The position numbers were made by a program, and so were the translations under genes. Source: an uncultured Ignavibacteria bacterium (lineage in GTDB: Bacteria; Zixibacteria; MSB-5A5; UM-FILTER-46-8). From it: a stretch of 64,000 bases of DNA. The notes beneath the pieces are model-generated. The model made no database searches, was not told where the DNA came from, and worked only from the letters and a program-made list of their open reading frames with translations. The stretch spans positions 64,091 to 128,090 of the forward strand of contig CAZLVS010000002.1 in NCBI GenBank assembly GCA_964563085.1, in the 5' to 3' direction. This document shows, in pieces, positions 39,060 to 49,931 of the stretch. Numbering within the stretch: position 1 is the stretch's first letter; each line of letters begins with the position of its first letter.

Positions 39060-39232
39060 ACCTTAGTATCTACATTTGCTATCACCGGTAGCGGAAGCCT
39101 TGCGCTTCCGGCGTTTCTTTGAGATACTCAATTCCAATCTGTCAACGAGCTGCTTTTATTAGCCTCCCGAAGGACAAGCCTTCGGCTGCGGATTAATAGG
39201 TTTTATGAATTATCCGGGCTAAGCATACCGCC
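39060..39232 (+). repeat. MITE-like intergenic repeat, family A copy 2
   Basis: GGTAGCGGAAGCCTTGCGCTTCCGGCGTTTCTTTGAGATAC...CCCGAAGGACAAGCCTTCGG...TTTATGAATTATCCGGGCTAAG. Confidence 0.7.
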
Positions 39233-39312
39233 GTTCTCGATGGAAAAAGATCGCTTCGCTTCGTTCGCAATGACGGAAATTGGGATTTTTCAACAAGCCC
39301 CGCTTCAACTTT

Positions 39313-40302
39313 TCACGCCCTGGGGAATGCTTTCTTATAGGTCTTGCTTATGTGCGAAGATGAAACCTGAGTATATTTCTGAGTCACGCTCAAGGATGAA
39401 TGCCCTAACATCTCCTGTATCGCCCGTAAATCGGCGCCCCTGTCCAGCATGTGTGTGGCGAAACTATGCCTTAATGTATGCGGCGAAATCGCAGGATTAT
39501 TGGAGACTCTTTTCAAGGAGTTTTTGATCCTCTCTCTCATATTCCGCGCGGATATTCGCTTTCCAAACTTATTAAGAAAAAGATACTGATTATCCTCCTG
39601 TTTTTCCATCGGTAAGACCAACTCCCGGTACTCCAGATAAACCTTGATTGCATTTACCGCATATTCACCGATAGGTACTATCCTGTCCTTTTCTCCCTTT
39701 CCGCGTACGCGAACCACCGCGGAATTGAAATCTGTATCAAATATCCTTATCCCCAAAAGTTCGGACAATCTCAGACCGCTGGAATAGAACAACTCCAGCG
39801 CAGCCCTATCCCGCATGCCGGAGAAATTGCCGGCAAAAGCCTGACCAAAAAGCTCTCTTATCTGCTCTTCCGATAATATCGGGGGCAATTTACGCTTCTT
39901 ACGCATCCTGAATGTACCCGACACCGGATTTGTATCTATATGGTTCTCCTTGACCAGGTAATTGAAAAAATGCTTCAATGCAGCAAGTTTTCTTTCCAGA
40001 GACGATTCCATCAATCCCGCTGATATCAATGCCGAAAGGAAATTCCGTATATCCAGACGTTTCACTTTTTTCCAGACACCTACCGGAACATTCGGTTGCG
40101 CCTTCGACTCCTCACCCCCGTGTAATCGTGCGGTTCGGTCGCCGTACCCGGCCGCTTTATTTCCTTGAGCGAAATATTTATAAAACTGGGTTATATCAGA
40201 CATATATGCGGAAATCGTATGCATAGAATACCCTTTCTGATTCTCAAGATAGGAGGCAAATGCCTTTAAACGAGGGATATAACTAAATTCTGACTGATTC
40301 AA
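39313..40302 (-). CDS. xerC: tyrosine site-specific recombinase XerC/XerD family
   Basis: C-terminal catalytic RHSFATHMLDRGADLRAIQEMLGHSSLSVTQKYTQV. Confidence 0.8.
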   Translation of the reverse strand: MNQSEFSYIPRLKAFASYLENQKGYSMHTISAYMSDITQFYKYFAQGNKAAGYGDRTARLHGGEESKAQPNVPVGVWKKVKRLDIRNFLSALISAGLMESSLERKLAALKHFFNYLVKENHIDTNPVSGTFRMRKKRKLPPILSEEQIRELFGQAFAGNFSGMRDRAALELFYSSGLRLSELLGIRIFDTDFNSAVVRVRGKGEKDRIVPIGEYAVNAIKVYLEYRELVLPMEKQEDNQYLFLNKFGKRISARNMRERIKNSLKRVSNNPAISPHTLRHSFATHMLDRGADLRAIQEMLGHSSLSVTQKYTQVSSSHISKTYKKAFPRA

Positions 40303-40307
40303 ATCAA

Positions 40308-42554
40308 TTAACTTACGGTTTCGCTTTCCGGCATATTCTCTTTATGCTTACATCTCAGGCAAGCGAGATAACTACCCTTTGCTTTGGAGTGTTTTTCAAC
40401 CATAAAGCTATTCCCGCACTGGGGACAGGTCTTCGGTACCGGTTTGTTCCAGGCTGCGAATTTACAGTCAGGATAATTGCTGCAGGAGTAGAAAACCTTG
40501 CCGCGTCGAGACCTGCGCTCAACTATTTCGCCATCGCAATTCTCTTCGGGGCATTTCACGCCGGTGGAGAATGATTTGGTGAATTTGCATTTGGGATAAT
40601 TGCTGCAGGCTATAAACTTACCGAATCTACCGTTCTTCGCCACCAAATCCGAACCGCATTCCGGGCATTTTTCACCGATAGGTTTATTATTCTCATCGCC
40701 CTCGATAGGTTTGGTATTTTTACAATCAGGATAAGCTGAACATGCTAAAAACTTGCCGTGGCTGCCCCATTTTTCCACCATTTCGGCGCCGCATTTGTCA
40801 CATTTGATACCGGCGGCTTTGGTGGTTTCCTTTTTTATCTCATCCCGCCGTTGTTCCACTTCCTTGAGGTTTTTCAAAAACGGCTCGTAAAATTCCTCCA
40901 GTACTTGCCTCCATTCGTGAGTTCCATATTCGATCTTATCCAGTTCATTTTCCATCTCAGCGGTGAATTGCACATTGAATATCCGGTCGAAGTTCTTGGT
41001 CAATACCTTATTGACCACTCTTCCTAATTCGGTCGGGAAGAATCTCTTATTTTCGATATCTGTGTATTTTCGAGAGGCAAGAGTATCTATAATCTGGGCG
41101 TACGTTGACGGCCTGCCTATTCCCTGGGACTCCAATTCCTTAACCAGTGACGCTTCAGTATAACGCGGAGGAGGTTTGGTGAAATGCTGCTTTGGCGTCA
41201 CCGACAGAGTCTTAAGCGGTTCACCTTCGGTGACTTCCGGCATATCCTGCGTCTCAGAATCGCCGTTGCCGTTCTTCTCTTTAATATCCTCGTAAACCTT
41301 CAGAAATCCATCGAACGCCACCCGGCTGCCGGTTGCCCGGAAAAGAAATCTTCCGCCGGTGCAATCAATGGAGGTCTGTGCGATTTTCGCCGGAGCCATC
41401 TGCGACGCCATAAAACGCGCCCAAATGAGTGAGTATAATCTAAACTGATCACGGGTTAGAAATTTCTTGATCTCTTGAGGCGAATATTCCAGATACGTGG
41501 GGCGAATCGCTTCGTGAGCATCCTGAGCTTTATTCTTATTCTTAAACCTGCGGGCTTTGGGAGGCAGATAATCATCTCCGTAGATTCCGGAAATAATATT
41601 CCTGGCTCCGGCTAAAGCTTCTTCAGCCAAACGCACCGAGTCAGTCCTCATATATGTAATAAGACCGACTGAGCCGGAATCCCCCAACTCTACTCCCTCA
41701 TAAAGGGATTGAGCCACTCGCATAGTCTTCTTGGCGGAGAATCCCAACCTTCTTGCCGCATCCTGCTGAATTGTAGATGTTATAAACGGAGGATACGGAT
41801 TCCTGGTCTTTCTATCCTTCTTGAGTTTGGAAATTTCAAAATTCTCAGCCTTGACCTCATCGACTATCGATGAACTTTCTTTTTCATTTCCGATTTTAAA
41901 GTTTCTATTGTCGATCTTCTGGAGTTTCGCCGCAAACTTACCGTTCTTACACTTAAACTCAGAAGTTACTGACCAGAACTCCTCCGGTTTAAAAGCTTCG
42001 ATTTCGTCTTCCCGTTTGCAAATCAGCCTGAGCGCCACCGATTGAACACGCCCCGCTGACAGTCTTCGAGAAATAGTTTTCCACAATAGCGGTGACACTT
42101 TATAGCCGACTATGCGATCGAGAATCCTTCGCGCTTGCTGAGCATAGACTTTGTTCTGGTCTATATTGCCAGCAGCGGAGATACTCTCTTTAACCGCTTT
42201 TTCGGTGATCTCATTAAAAACGGCGCGCTTTATTTTGTCTCTGTCGTTTTCAAGCACCTCGGCAACATGCTGAGCGATTGCTTCGCCCTCCCTGTCCGGA
42301 TCGACCGCCAAATATATATTGGTCGCGGATTTCGCCGATTTCTTCAAACGTTCGATAATTTTATTCTTTCCGGAAATAATCTCGTAATCAGGCGCAAAAC
42401 CGTTTTCGATATCCACGCCTAACTTTCTTTTGGGCAGGTCTTTTATATGACCCAGGGTGGCTTGAATATCGAATCCGTTACCTAAAAACCGCTTGAGGGT
42501 TTTGGTTTTAGTCGGAGATTCAACGATTACTAATGATTTTTCGGCTGATGCCAT
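40308..42554 (-). CDS. topA: DNA topoisomerase I with C-terminal zinc-ribbon repeats
   Basis: Toprim SLVIVESPTKTKT. Catalytic region. Multiple C-x2-C...C-x2-C ribbons at the C-terminus. Confidence 0.9.
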   Translation of the reverse strand: MASAEKSLVIVESPTKTKTLKRFLGNGFDIQATLGHIKDLPKRKLGVDIENGFAPDYEIISGKNKIIERLKKSAKSATNIYLAVDPDREGEAIAQHVAEVLENDRDKIKRAVFNEITEKAVKESISAAGNIDQNKVYAQQARRILDRIVGYKVSPLLWKTISRRLSAGRVQSVALRLICKREDEIEAFKPEEFWSVTSEFKCKNGKFAAKLQKIDNRNFKIGNEKESSSIVDEVKAENFEISKLKKDRKTRNPYPPFITSTIQQDAARRLGFSAKKTMRVAQSLYEGVELGDSGSVGLITYMRTDSVRLAEEALAGARNIISGIYGDDYLPPKARRFKNKNKAQDAHEAIRPTYLEYSPQEIKKFLTRDQFRLYSLIWARFMASQMAPAKIAQTSIDCTGGRFLFRATGSRVAFDGFLKVYEDIKEKNGNGDSETQDMPEVTEGEPLKTLSVTPKQHFTKPPPRYTEASLVKELESQGIGRPSTYAQIIDTLASRKYTDIENKRFFPTELGRVVNKVLTKNFDRIFNVQFTAEMENELDKIEYGTHEWRQVLEEFYEPFLKNLKEVEQRRDEIKKETTKAAGIKCDKCGAEMVEKWGSHGKFLACSAYPDCKNTKPIEGDENNKPIGEKCPECGSDLVAKNGRFGKFIACSNYPKCKFTKSFSTGVKCPEENCDGEIVERRSRRGKVFYSCSNYPDCKFAAWNKPVPKTCPQCGNSFMVEKHSKAKGSYLACLRCKHKENMPESETVS

Positions 42555-42570
42555 TATTTATGCTCGCTCC

Positions 42571-42798
42571 TTATTCCCAGGACCTTTCGAATTTCAGCTT
42601 TCCATCAACAAGATCATAAAGCGCCTGACTTGTTACCCGCAAATACTGCTTGCTGCCTTCTTCCATATCTATTTCCTCATTTCGTTCCTTGTTGAGCCGG
42701 ATAGCATTTAATTTCCTGGCGTATTGAGCGGCAATCAAAACCGCTTCATACCCGTTGCGACAGACCTTGTCAGTGTCATCTATCGATATCAGTCTCAT
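42571..42798 (-). CDS. rpoZ: DNA-directed RNA polymerase subunit omega
   Basis: YEAVLIAAQYARKLN matches the rpoZ core. Located after gmk. Confidence 0.75.
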   Translation of the reverse strand: MRLISIDDTDKVCRNGYEAVLIAAQYARKLNAIRLNKERNEEIDMEEGSKQYLRVTSQALYDLVDGKLKFERSWE

Positions 42799-42834
42799 TT
42801 TTTATCCTCCGCAATAACGCCTAATTCTTTATTA

Positions 42835-43455
42835 CTACTTAAAAAACTTATTCTCAAAATATTTTTCAGGAAATCGTGAGGAGTTCAGGGATTCCGCCTT
42901 GATTATAGCCGCAACATCCTCGACGGCATCATCGAGAATATCGTTGATAACAACATAATTATAATTCGGCCATTCGGCGATTTCCTTTATAGCTTCCTGC
43001 AATCTCCTTTTGCAGACTTCGGGATCATCGGTCTTTCTATTGATCAGCCTCTTTTCCAGAACTTTTAACGAAGGCGGTAGAATAAATACTGTAACCGCTT
43101 CTTCATATAGGCTCGATAAATTTGCAGCGCCCTGAATATCCAGATCCAGCAGTATGACATCGCCATTTTGCAATGAACTGTCGATGAAATCCTTATAGGT
43201 GCCATAATAATTCCCGTAAACCTCCGCCCACTCGGCGAAATCTCCGGCGTCCCTTTTTCTTATAAACTCCTCTCTGTCGAGGAAATGATACGATTCACCA
43301 TCGATTTCGTTCGCTCGCTTCGGTCTTGTAGTTGCCGATACGGAGTATTTAAACTGCGGAAAACGCTTTAAAAGTTCCTCGTATACCGAAGTTTTGCCTC
43401 CGCCGGATGGGGAGGAAAGGACTATTAACAGACCTCGTAACCGATTATCGTTCAA
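42835..43455 (-). CDS. gmk: guanylate kinase
   Basis: P-loop SSPSGGGKTS. SATTRPKRANEIDGESYHFL. Confidence 0.85.
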   Translation of the reverse strand: MNDNRLRGLLIVLSSPSGGGKTSVYEELLKRFPQFKYSVSATTRPKRANEIDGESYHFLDREEFIRKRDAGDFAEWAEVYGNYYGTYKDFIDSSLQNGDVILLDLDIQGAANLSSLYEEAVTVFILPPSLKVLEKRLINRKTDDPEVCKRRLQEAIKEIAEWPNYNYVVINDILDDAVEDVAAIIKAESLNSSRFPEKYFENKFFK

Positions 43456-43516
43456 ACTTGATTTCCTGAATTATTCTTATTGCTGTAATGGAAATTTACG
43501 ATTTCGACGCCTTTTT

Positions 43517-44395
43517 CTACTCCAGGTTTGCAACTTGCTCGCGGATTTTTTCCAGCTCCTCTTTAATGCTCACAACATGAGAAGAGATTTCGGCGTTTCC
43601 GCACTTCGATCCGATAGTATTGGTTTCCCTACCCATCTCCTGCAGAATAAATGATAGTCTTTTGCCCAAATCTCCGCCGGTTTTGAGATCGGAATCGAAA
43701 TTCGCAAGATGAGATTGCAGCCTCACTAACTCCTCGGTAATATCATATCTCTCGGCGAGTATCCCCGCTTCCATTATCAGCCGTGATTCATCAATTTCAG
43801 TATCCCCAAGAACCGTCTTCAGTCTGTCCTTCAACTTGTTCAGTTGATATTCTGAATTTGCTGGCGCCAATGTTTCGATATTGCTGCATTCCATCTTTAC
43901 ACTTTGCAGCCGCCGGCGGATGTCGGCGGCGAGAACTTCGCCCTCGCGATTGCGGCTTACATTAAGCTCATCCAGAGCCTGATCTACTGCCCTGGCAACT
44001 ACCGCATACGCAATTTCCAATTCGCTTTCATCATAACTGTTAACAACTGCATCGGGCATGTTCAGCAAAACATTTATATCGATCTCGCTCGACAATCCCA
44101 ATTTACTTTTCAATAATACGACTTCATTATAAAACTTTTCTACCGAAGCGATATCGATTTTCATCGGTTTGAGGTCTGCTGTGGTGGAGTTAACATTTAT
44201 AAAAATACTCAGCTTGCCCCTTCTGATTTTACTCGCCACTATCTGACGAAGTCTGTACTCTAATGAGCTTAAGTAGCCGGGGAGCTTGAACTTGGCGTCC
44301 AGAAACCTGGAGTTAAGACTATTTATCTCCACCTCCACCGACAGGCCGCTTTCCACAGCGGTTCCCTTACCGAATCCTGTCATGCTGTATATCAA
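43517..44395 (-). CDS. yicC: YicC/YloC family protein
   Basis: MIYSMTGFGKG N-terminus. Conserved yicC-gmk-rpoZ synteny. Confidence 0.8.
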   Translation of the reverse strand: MIYSMTGFGKGTAVESGLSVEVEINSLNSRFLDAKFKLPGYLSSLEYRLRQIVASKIRRGKLSIFINVNSTTADLKPMKIDIASVEKFYNEVVLLKSKLGLSSEIDINVLLNMPDAVVNSYDESELEIAYAVVARAVDQALDELNVSRNREGEVLAADIRRRLQSVKMECSNIETLAPANSEYQLNKLKDRLKTVLGDTEIDESRLIMEAGILAERYDITEELVRLQSHLANFDSDLKTGGDLGKRLSFILQEMGRETNTIGSKCGNAEISSHVVSIKEELEKIREQVANLE

Positions 44396-44473
44396 CTTCC
44401 ACCTCCGATAAATCCCTCATTATAAAAATTCCTAAGGCTTTGTCAATCAAATTTTATATATTAGTTACGAGTA

Positions 44474-46195
44474 TTGATTATGTGGCTAAATTCATTACAT
44501 ATTCACTTATTAATCGATGAACTTCGGCATTCGCTTGTTGGAAAACTAATTAACGATATCTTCACCGCAAGCGAAACCGCCAAATTATACTTATCTATCG
44601 GACGTCCTTCCGACCGCCTTTGGCTTATGTATGCCGGGCAAGGTAAAGCCTGCCGATTGAACCTTATTGATTATAACTCCTTGCCTCCTAAAACCGAAAG
44701 AAATTCGATTCCCATACCCTTTCGTAAATTCAAAATAACCGAATGCGAACAGGTGAATTTCGATCGCATTGTAAGAATGATGTTGCTGGATGAGGGAAAG
44801 AATAACGAGCATTTCTTGTACTTTTCCCTGGCGCCGTCTTTTTCTAATCTTATCCTTACAGATTCTCAATCTTCGCAAGTTGAATGGTCCTTATTTAGAG
44901 GTCGATTGGTTAATGAAGGAATTCTAAAACTTCCCTCGCCCCCGCCATTACCCGCGCCCGATGAAATCAGTCTGGAATATTTGCGGGAAATCAGCTTATC
45001 CAAGCCGGATCTGAGCGTCTTTAAACTGCTGCACAGCAGCGTTCGCGGGATTGATAAACCAACTGCAAAGTTAATCCTCCTTATATCTGAATTGGAGGAT
45101 GATAGAAAAGTCAATTCATTGAGTAATTTAGAGATGGATAGGATTACTAAGATACTGTCTGAGCTAAAACCGATTGCCGAAACCTGGAACTTCGGGATAG
45201 AGTATTATAATGATAAACCATCTCGAATGATACTCATAGATTTCAATTCTCAGCTGCTCAAAAACCTGCGAATATATGAGTCGCCTTCGGAGGCGATCTC
45301 CATTATGGGTCGGCAATTGGAAGAAGAAGCCGCCACCAAGGGCTTGAGAAAATCATTGAATTCTATTCTCGATAGGGAGTTATCCAAATCCGACAAGCTT
45401 ATAAATGAGTTGAGTTTGACCCTGGAGGATTATGAAAATGCCGACCTTTACAAGAAATACGGCGATCTCCTGCTTGCCAATCCCCGGAAAACCAAGGGAA
45501 AGGATCATGTAGTTGTCAATGATATCTTTGAAGAAGAAGATAAGGAAATAGCTATCCCGCTAAATTCAGCCAAAACCTTACCCGAAAATGCCGTCGCCTA
45601 CTATAAAAGGCATAAAAAAGCCAAAAGGGGACTAAAAGTAACCTTAAAAAGGCTTGCCGAGATTTCCGACCGTAAGAATCAGCTTAAAACCATTCAGCGC
45701 GATCTGGCACAGAGCGAATCGCCCGATGAGTTAGAAATTATCAGAAGTAAGTGTAAGAAAATCGGCCTGATATCGGATGAGAAGACGAGAAGAAAAAGCG
45801 CTAAAAGCGAGGATGGTTCAAAGAAATTCTGGCAATTTCAATTGAGCCATGACCTGAGGTTATATGTGGGAAGGAACAGCAAAGAGAATGATGAACTCAC
45901 TTTTGGATTCGCAAACAAGTATGATTTATGGTTTCATACCGAGCAATCGGAGGGTTCTCATGTGGTCCTAAAACGCCCCCACAAAAACTACCAATTCCCC
46001 CAACATATTATCAAGCAGGCAGCCGCCGCCGCCGCATACTATAGCAAAGCCCGCAATTCTTCCGCTGTATCGGTTATCTATACGGAGGTCCGTTATGTAC
46101 GGAAGCCGAAAGGAGCTCCCCGCGGAAAGGCGATTTACAGCAATGTTAAATCTCTGCTGATCGAGCCTCAGAAGCCAATATCAAAGGTTAATTGA
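44474..46195 (+). CDS. NFACT-family (RqcH/FbpA-like) protein with C-terminal NFACT-R/DUF814 domain
   Basis: C-terminal ...LWFHTEQSEGSHVVLKRPHKNYQFPQHIIKQAAAAAAYYSKARNSSAVSVIYTEVRYVRKP. Confidence 0.75.
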   Translation: MIMWLNSLHIHLLIDELRHSLVGKLINDIFTASETAKLYLSIGRPSDRLWLMYAGQGKACRLNLIDYNSLPPKTERNSIPIPFRKFKITECEQVNFDRIVRMMLLDEGKNNEHFLYFSLAPSFSNLILTDSQSSQVEWSLFRGRLVNEGILKLPSPPPLPAPDEISLEYLREISLSKPDLSVFKLLHSSVRGIDKPTAKLILLISELEDDRKVNSLSNLEMDRITKILSELKPIAETWNFGIEYYNDKPSRMILIDFNSQLLKNLRIYESPSEAISIMGRQLEEEAATKGLRKSLNSILDRELSKSDKLINELSLTLEDYENADLYKKYGDLLLANPRKTKGKDHVVVNDIFEEEDKEIAIPLNSAKTLPENAVAYYKRHKKAKRGLKVTLKRLAEISDRKNQLKTIQRDLAQSESPDELEIIRSKCKKIGLISDEKTRRKSAKSEDGSKKFWQFQLSHDLRLYVGRNSKENDELTFGFANKYDLWFHTEQSEGSHVVLKRPHKNYQFPQHIIKQAAAAAAYYSKARNSSAVSVIYTEVRYVRKPKGAPRGKAIYSNVKSLLIEPQKPISKVN

Positions 46196-46227
46196 ACGAT
46201 ACCATTAAGGTTATTAGATCAATCTAA

Positions 46228-46345
46228 AAACTGACCTAACCCGAATTATTCACGGAAATGCGGATATGATCTACTTCTATTGAACTCCCGAAGGACAAGC
46301 CTTCGGCTGTGAATAAATTCTTTTCACGAATTATCCGGGCTAAAT
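46228..46345 (+). repeat. MITE-like repeat family A copy 3 (internally truncated; lacks first hairpin)
   Basis: ...GATCTACTTCTATTGAACTCCCGAAGGACAAGCCTTCGGCTGTGAATAAATTCTTTTCACGAATTATCCGGGCTAAA. The 3' end overlaps the stop codon (CTA, 46340-46342) of the minus-strand gene. Confidence 0.65.
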
Positions 46346-47245
46346 TTCGAGATTCTCGATAGAGGGAGAATCAAACCCATTTCTTTGAAGATATTTCAGA
46401 ATCTCCACCGAAACTTCCTCGATTGCGCGTCGACTGACATCAATCACGGGACAACCTATTTCAGCAAAGAGTTCACGGCAAAACCTGAGCTCCTTCTGAA
46501 TCTGCTTTATATCGGCGTATTCGTCGAGGCAAGTGTATTTATACCGGTCACCGGATAACACCTTGGCTCTTTCTTCTCTAACCCGCAGAAGTATGTCGGG
46601 TTTCATAAGCAGTCCGAAAACAGCGCCATGCTCCACGTTTTGCAGCCTCTTCAATAATGAATCCCGCATTGCGGGGTCGGGAACTATCGGTATATTAGCC
46701 GCCTTTAATCCAATGTTACAGGCGAGATAAACACTGATGGGTGTTTTGCAGGTGCGGGATAAGCCGATTAAAACCACATCCGCTTCGTTTATGTAATTCC
46801 CCATGCCATCATCATGTTCAACGGTGAATCCGATTGCATCCACTTTACGATAATACCTGTCATCCACAATTTGCAGTATTCCGGGTTGATAATCCGGATG
46901 AACGCCGAGAAATTTAGACATGGTTTTCAACATCGGTTCCAGTACGTTCAAATGAAGCAATTCCCTCTCCATCAGCGCATTATGTGCATGAGCCCGAAGA
47001 TCGTCGGATATGATCGACACCACCACCAGATAATCATCGCCGATCTCCTTTAAAGCGGCGTCGAAGGTTTGGCGATCCCGCACTTCCTGATAAACTTTTA
47101 CCAGCTTATACCTGACCTCCTGAGTATTGTATTGATAAAGGACGGCATCCATCAGCCTTTTTGCGGTTTTGCCGGTGCCATCGGAAATTATTATTATCTT
47201 TTTTGTTTCATCCGCCAATTTTTCTAATCCCGATAATTTTTGCAA
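46340..47245 (-). CDS. PEP synthetase / pyruvate-phosphate dikinase regulatory protein (bifunctional kinase-pyrophosphorylase, DUF299)
   Basis: GLSRTCKTPISVYLA P-loop-like motif. 301 aa. Confidence 0.8.
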   Translation of the reverse strand: MQKLSGLEKLADETKKIIIISDGTGKTAKRLMDAVLYQYNTQEVRYKLVKVYQEVRDRQTFDAALKEIGDDYLVVVSIISDDLRAHAHNALMERELLHLNVLEPMLKTMSKFLGVHPDYQPGILQIVDDRYYRKVDAIGFTVEHDDGMGNYINEADVVLIGLSRTCKTPISVYLACNIGLKAANIPIVPDPAMRDSLLKRLQNVEHGAVFGLLMKPDILLRVREERAKVLSGDRYKYTCLDEYADIKQIQKELRFCRELFAEIGCPVIDVSRRAIEEVSVEILKYLQRNGFDSPSIENLEI

Positions 47246-47512
47246 CTATTTCGCCCTCAACTTAAATCACAAGTCAAATTTTGTAAAGCGATAAATGTGA
47301 GAAATGCGTATAATAGTGTTTAATTTGCTCCGAATAAGACGAATATTATGGTAGAAGTAGTATCACAATGCGGATTAAACACTTGCGAAAAAAGGATTTG
47401 AGATTATATTTAGATTGATTTGAAAGCCCGGGAGTAATACTTTCAATGGGGCAAGCAGGGATGCCGAATTAGTTTTATAACTAAGGTGAATTCTTCTAAA
47501 TAGTTATTTATT

Positions 47513-48670
47513 TTGGCAATTGAAATTATAGACAATTTAAACGCTTTTGATAGCCTGAGAAAAGAATGGACAGAGCTTTTAAGCCGTTGTTGCAATGATG
47601 ATTTCTTTCTTGGCCATACCTGGTTATCCAACTATCTAACTCACAAATCCAGCGGCGAGCTGATACAAATCCTGCTTATCAAAAAAGGCGGCAGGCTGAT
47701 CGGCGCGGCTCCCCTGGCTATAACCCAAAGCGGAGTAACCACTCCCGGCGGCATAAGGCTGCCTTTTCCGATAAAACGGATCCACTTTATCGGAGATACT
47801 TTCGCGCCTCGATGCGACCTGATAGCGACCAAGGATCCGGAATATATTGTTGATGAGTTGGCAAGATATATAACTGAAGTTGCGCCGCACTGGGATATGA
47901 TTGAATTAAGGCAGGTTTCTTCATCATCTCCCAATTACCAACTACTAAAAGACGGATTTAGCCATGTAGATATCGATATTTCCATTGCTAAGGACTCGCA
48001 CTGTCCTTATCTGAGATTCGATGAGTTGATAATAAGGGATGGAAAACCATTTCCCGAAAGCTACAGTAGTAAGCTAAACCGTTTAATTAACAAAGCTTAC
48101 AGGGAACTAAGCAAAAAAGGTGATGTTGAGATTAAGTTATATACTGATAATGATAGCAGAACCAGGTTAGCCGAGCATATAGCGGCAATTGAGAATGAAA
48201 GCTGGAAAAAGAAAAGAGGACATCGATTGTTCAGTCGCGATATGGCGGATTTCACCTCGAGTTTGATTGATAGAACCAGTAAAGAAGACCAGATGATAGC
48301 CATAATACTGAAATTCAGCAATTCCCCAATCGCCTACAACCTGGGATTTATATATCGCAATAAATATTTCAGTTATTCGTCGGCTTACAAAGAGGAGTTC
48401 AAGAATTACAAACCGGGGTATATTTTGCACCGGGAAATGATAAAGACTATACATACTAAGAACTTAGTCGAATACGATTTTTTGATGGGCGATAGCAGGT
48501 ATAAGCGAAGTTTTTGTAACAAAGGCCGTCAGAATTATGTTATCCGCGCCTTTAATGATCATCCGATATCCCGCTTGTTGTTAGGCCTATACAAAGGTGT
48601 TCGTCCCCTTTACAGTCAGTTTGTGGGTTATTTATACCCAAAATCAAAGGATGGAAGCGACCGAATATAG
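47513..48670 (+). CDS. GNAT-fold acyltransferase, FemAB/CelD(BcsL)-like family
   Basis: 385 aa. TTG start. Architecture and motifs resemble Acetyltransf_6/CelD-like proteins. Confidence 0.6.
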   Translation: MAIEIIDNLNAFDSLRKEWTELLSRCCNDDFFLGHTWLSNYLTHKSSGELIQILLIKKGGRLIGAAPLAITQSGVTTPGGIRLPFPIKRIHFIGDTFAPRCDLIATKDPEYIVDELARYITEVAPHWDMIELRQVSSSSPNYQLLKDGFSHVDIDISIAKDSHCPYLRFDELIIRDGKPFPESYSSKLNRLINKAYRELSKKGDVEIKLYTDNDSRTRLAEHIAAIENESWKKKRGHRLFSRDMADFTSSLIDRTSKEDQMIAIILKFSNSPIAYNLGFIYRNKYFSYSSAYKEEFKNYKPGYILHREMIKTIHTKNLVEYDFLMGDSRYKRSFCNKGRQNYVIRAFNDHPISRLLLGLYKGVRPLYSQFVGYLYPKSKDGSDRI

Positions 48671-48671
48671 T

Positions 48672-49772
48672 TTATCCGCCTTCCATCAATGTCGCAATAG
48701 GCTTAAGAGTATTAATATTCTCGCAAACGAGCTTAAAAGCGGAGGTTAACGGAATTGCCAGTATCATACCGGGAATACCCCACAACCATCCCCAGAATAT
48801 CAATGCCAGAATCACTATCAGCGGGGAGAGGTTGAGCTGTTTGCCCATTATTCTGGGCTCAACCATGTTGCCCATAATCACTTGAATCGTGGTAAGAAGA
48901 ATCACGGTTAATATTAACTCACCGCCAAAACCAAATTGAATGAACGCTATCAATATCGGAGGAATTGTCGCTATTATTGAACCTACGGTTGGAATAAAAT
49001 TAAGAATGAATGTGAAAAATCCCCACATTATGGCAAAATCGACCCCCAGAATCATCAATACGATGGTTGCCAAAACCCCTGTTGCCAAACTTACGGCGGT
49101 TTTGGCTATCAGGTAGAGCTGAACCTGAGAATTGATAGCAATCAGCGCGGTTTGAGCTTTCTTAATACGGCGGTGATCATTTTGGAAAATCCTCTCCAGT
49201 TTGCTCCCCATCTTTCCTCTGCCCGGGATAATAAATAAAAGAAGTAAAATCACCATAATTGTTTTGCTGAGAAAATCGAAGAAAGTACCTAAAGTCGATG
49301 AGATTACATTCTGAATGCGAATATCGCTCATTGCTTGCTTCCAGTCCAGTTGATCCACGTAATTCTTAACATCGCTATGGGGAATCTCGAAATAGGTTAA
49401 TGCATCCTGCACCATCACGGTAACCCTGGCTTCGTATTTAGGAAACTCCTCGATAAAGCTGTTGCTGGATGAGTATATTAGCAGTCCGACCAGATAAATG
49501 ACCGAAAACACGATAATTACCATAACTATCATCGCCGCCCATAGAGGGAACTTTCTTCGTGCTAACAGCTCAACGAAAGGTCCCAGTAAAAACGATAGGA
49601 GCAAAGCAACCATAAGCGGGAGCATAATCGACTGCAATTGCCGCAGGGCAACCACAATAATGGCTGCCAGGATTAGTCCCAGAAACAGCGCAACTATTTT
49701 TAATATTCTTTCAGCATCCATTGATCTCACCATTCCCGTTAATACATCGGAATTATCATATAACAACTGCAT
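48672..49772 (-). CDS. AI-2E family (PerM/YhhT-like) transporter
   Basis: 366 aa, about 8 TM helices. Conserved GIPG...LAIPL region. Confidence 0.75.
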   Translation of the reverse strand: MQLLYDNSDVLTGMVRSMDAERILKIVALFLGLILAAIIVVALRQLQSIMLPLMVALLLSFLLGPFVELLARRKFPLWAAMIVMVIIVFSVIYLVGLLIYSSSNSFIEEFPKYEARVTVMVQDALTYFEIPHSDVKNYVDQLDWKQAMSDIRIQNVISSTLGTFFDFLSKTIMVILLLLFIIPGRGKMGSKLERIFQNDHRRIKKAQTALIAINSQVQLYLIAKTAVSLATGVLATIVLMILGVDFAIMWGFFTFILNFIPTVGSIIATIPPILIAFIQFGFGGELILTVILLTTIQVIMGNMVEPRIMGKQLNLSPLIVILALIFWGWLWGIPGMILAIPLTSAFKLVCENINTLKPIATLMEGG

Positions 49773-49931
49773 AATTGCAACAGATTATTTCATACTTCAT
49801 CCGCCGGTTTTTTAAATTTTCATAGTATGCCGAGATATCTTTGGGAACTTCAGGATATTTTCATTGCGTTTGCGTATTAGAAACTTTATAATGCGAAATT
49901 CAAAATTCAAAATCCAAGATTAGGAGTAAAT

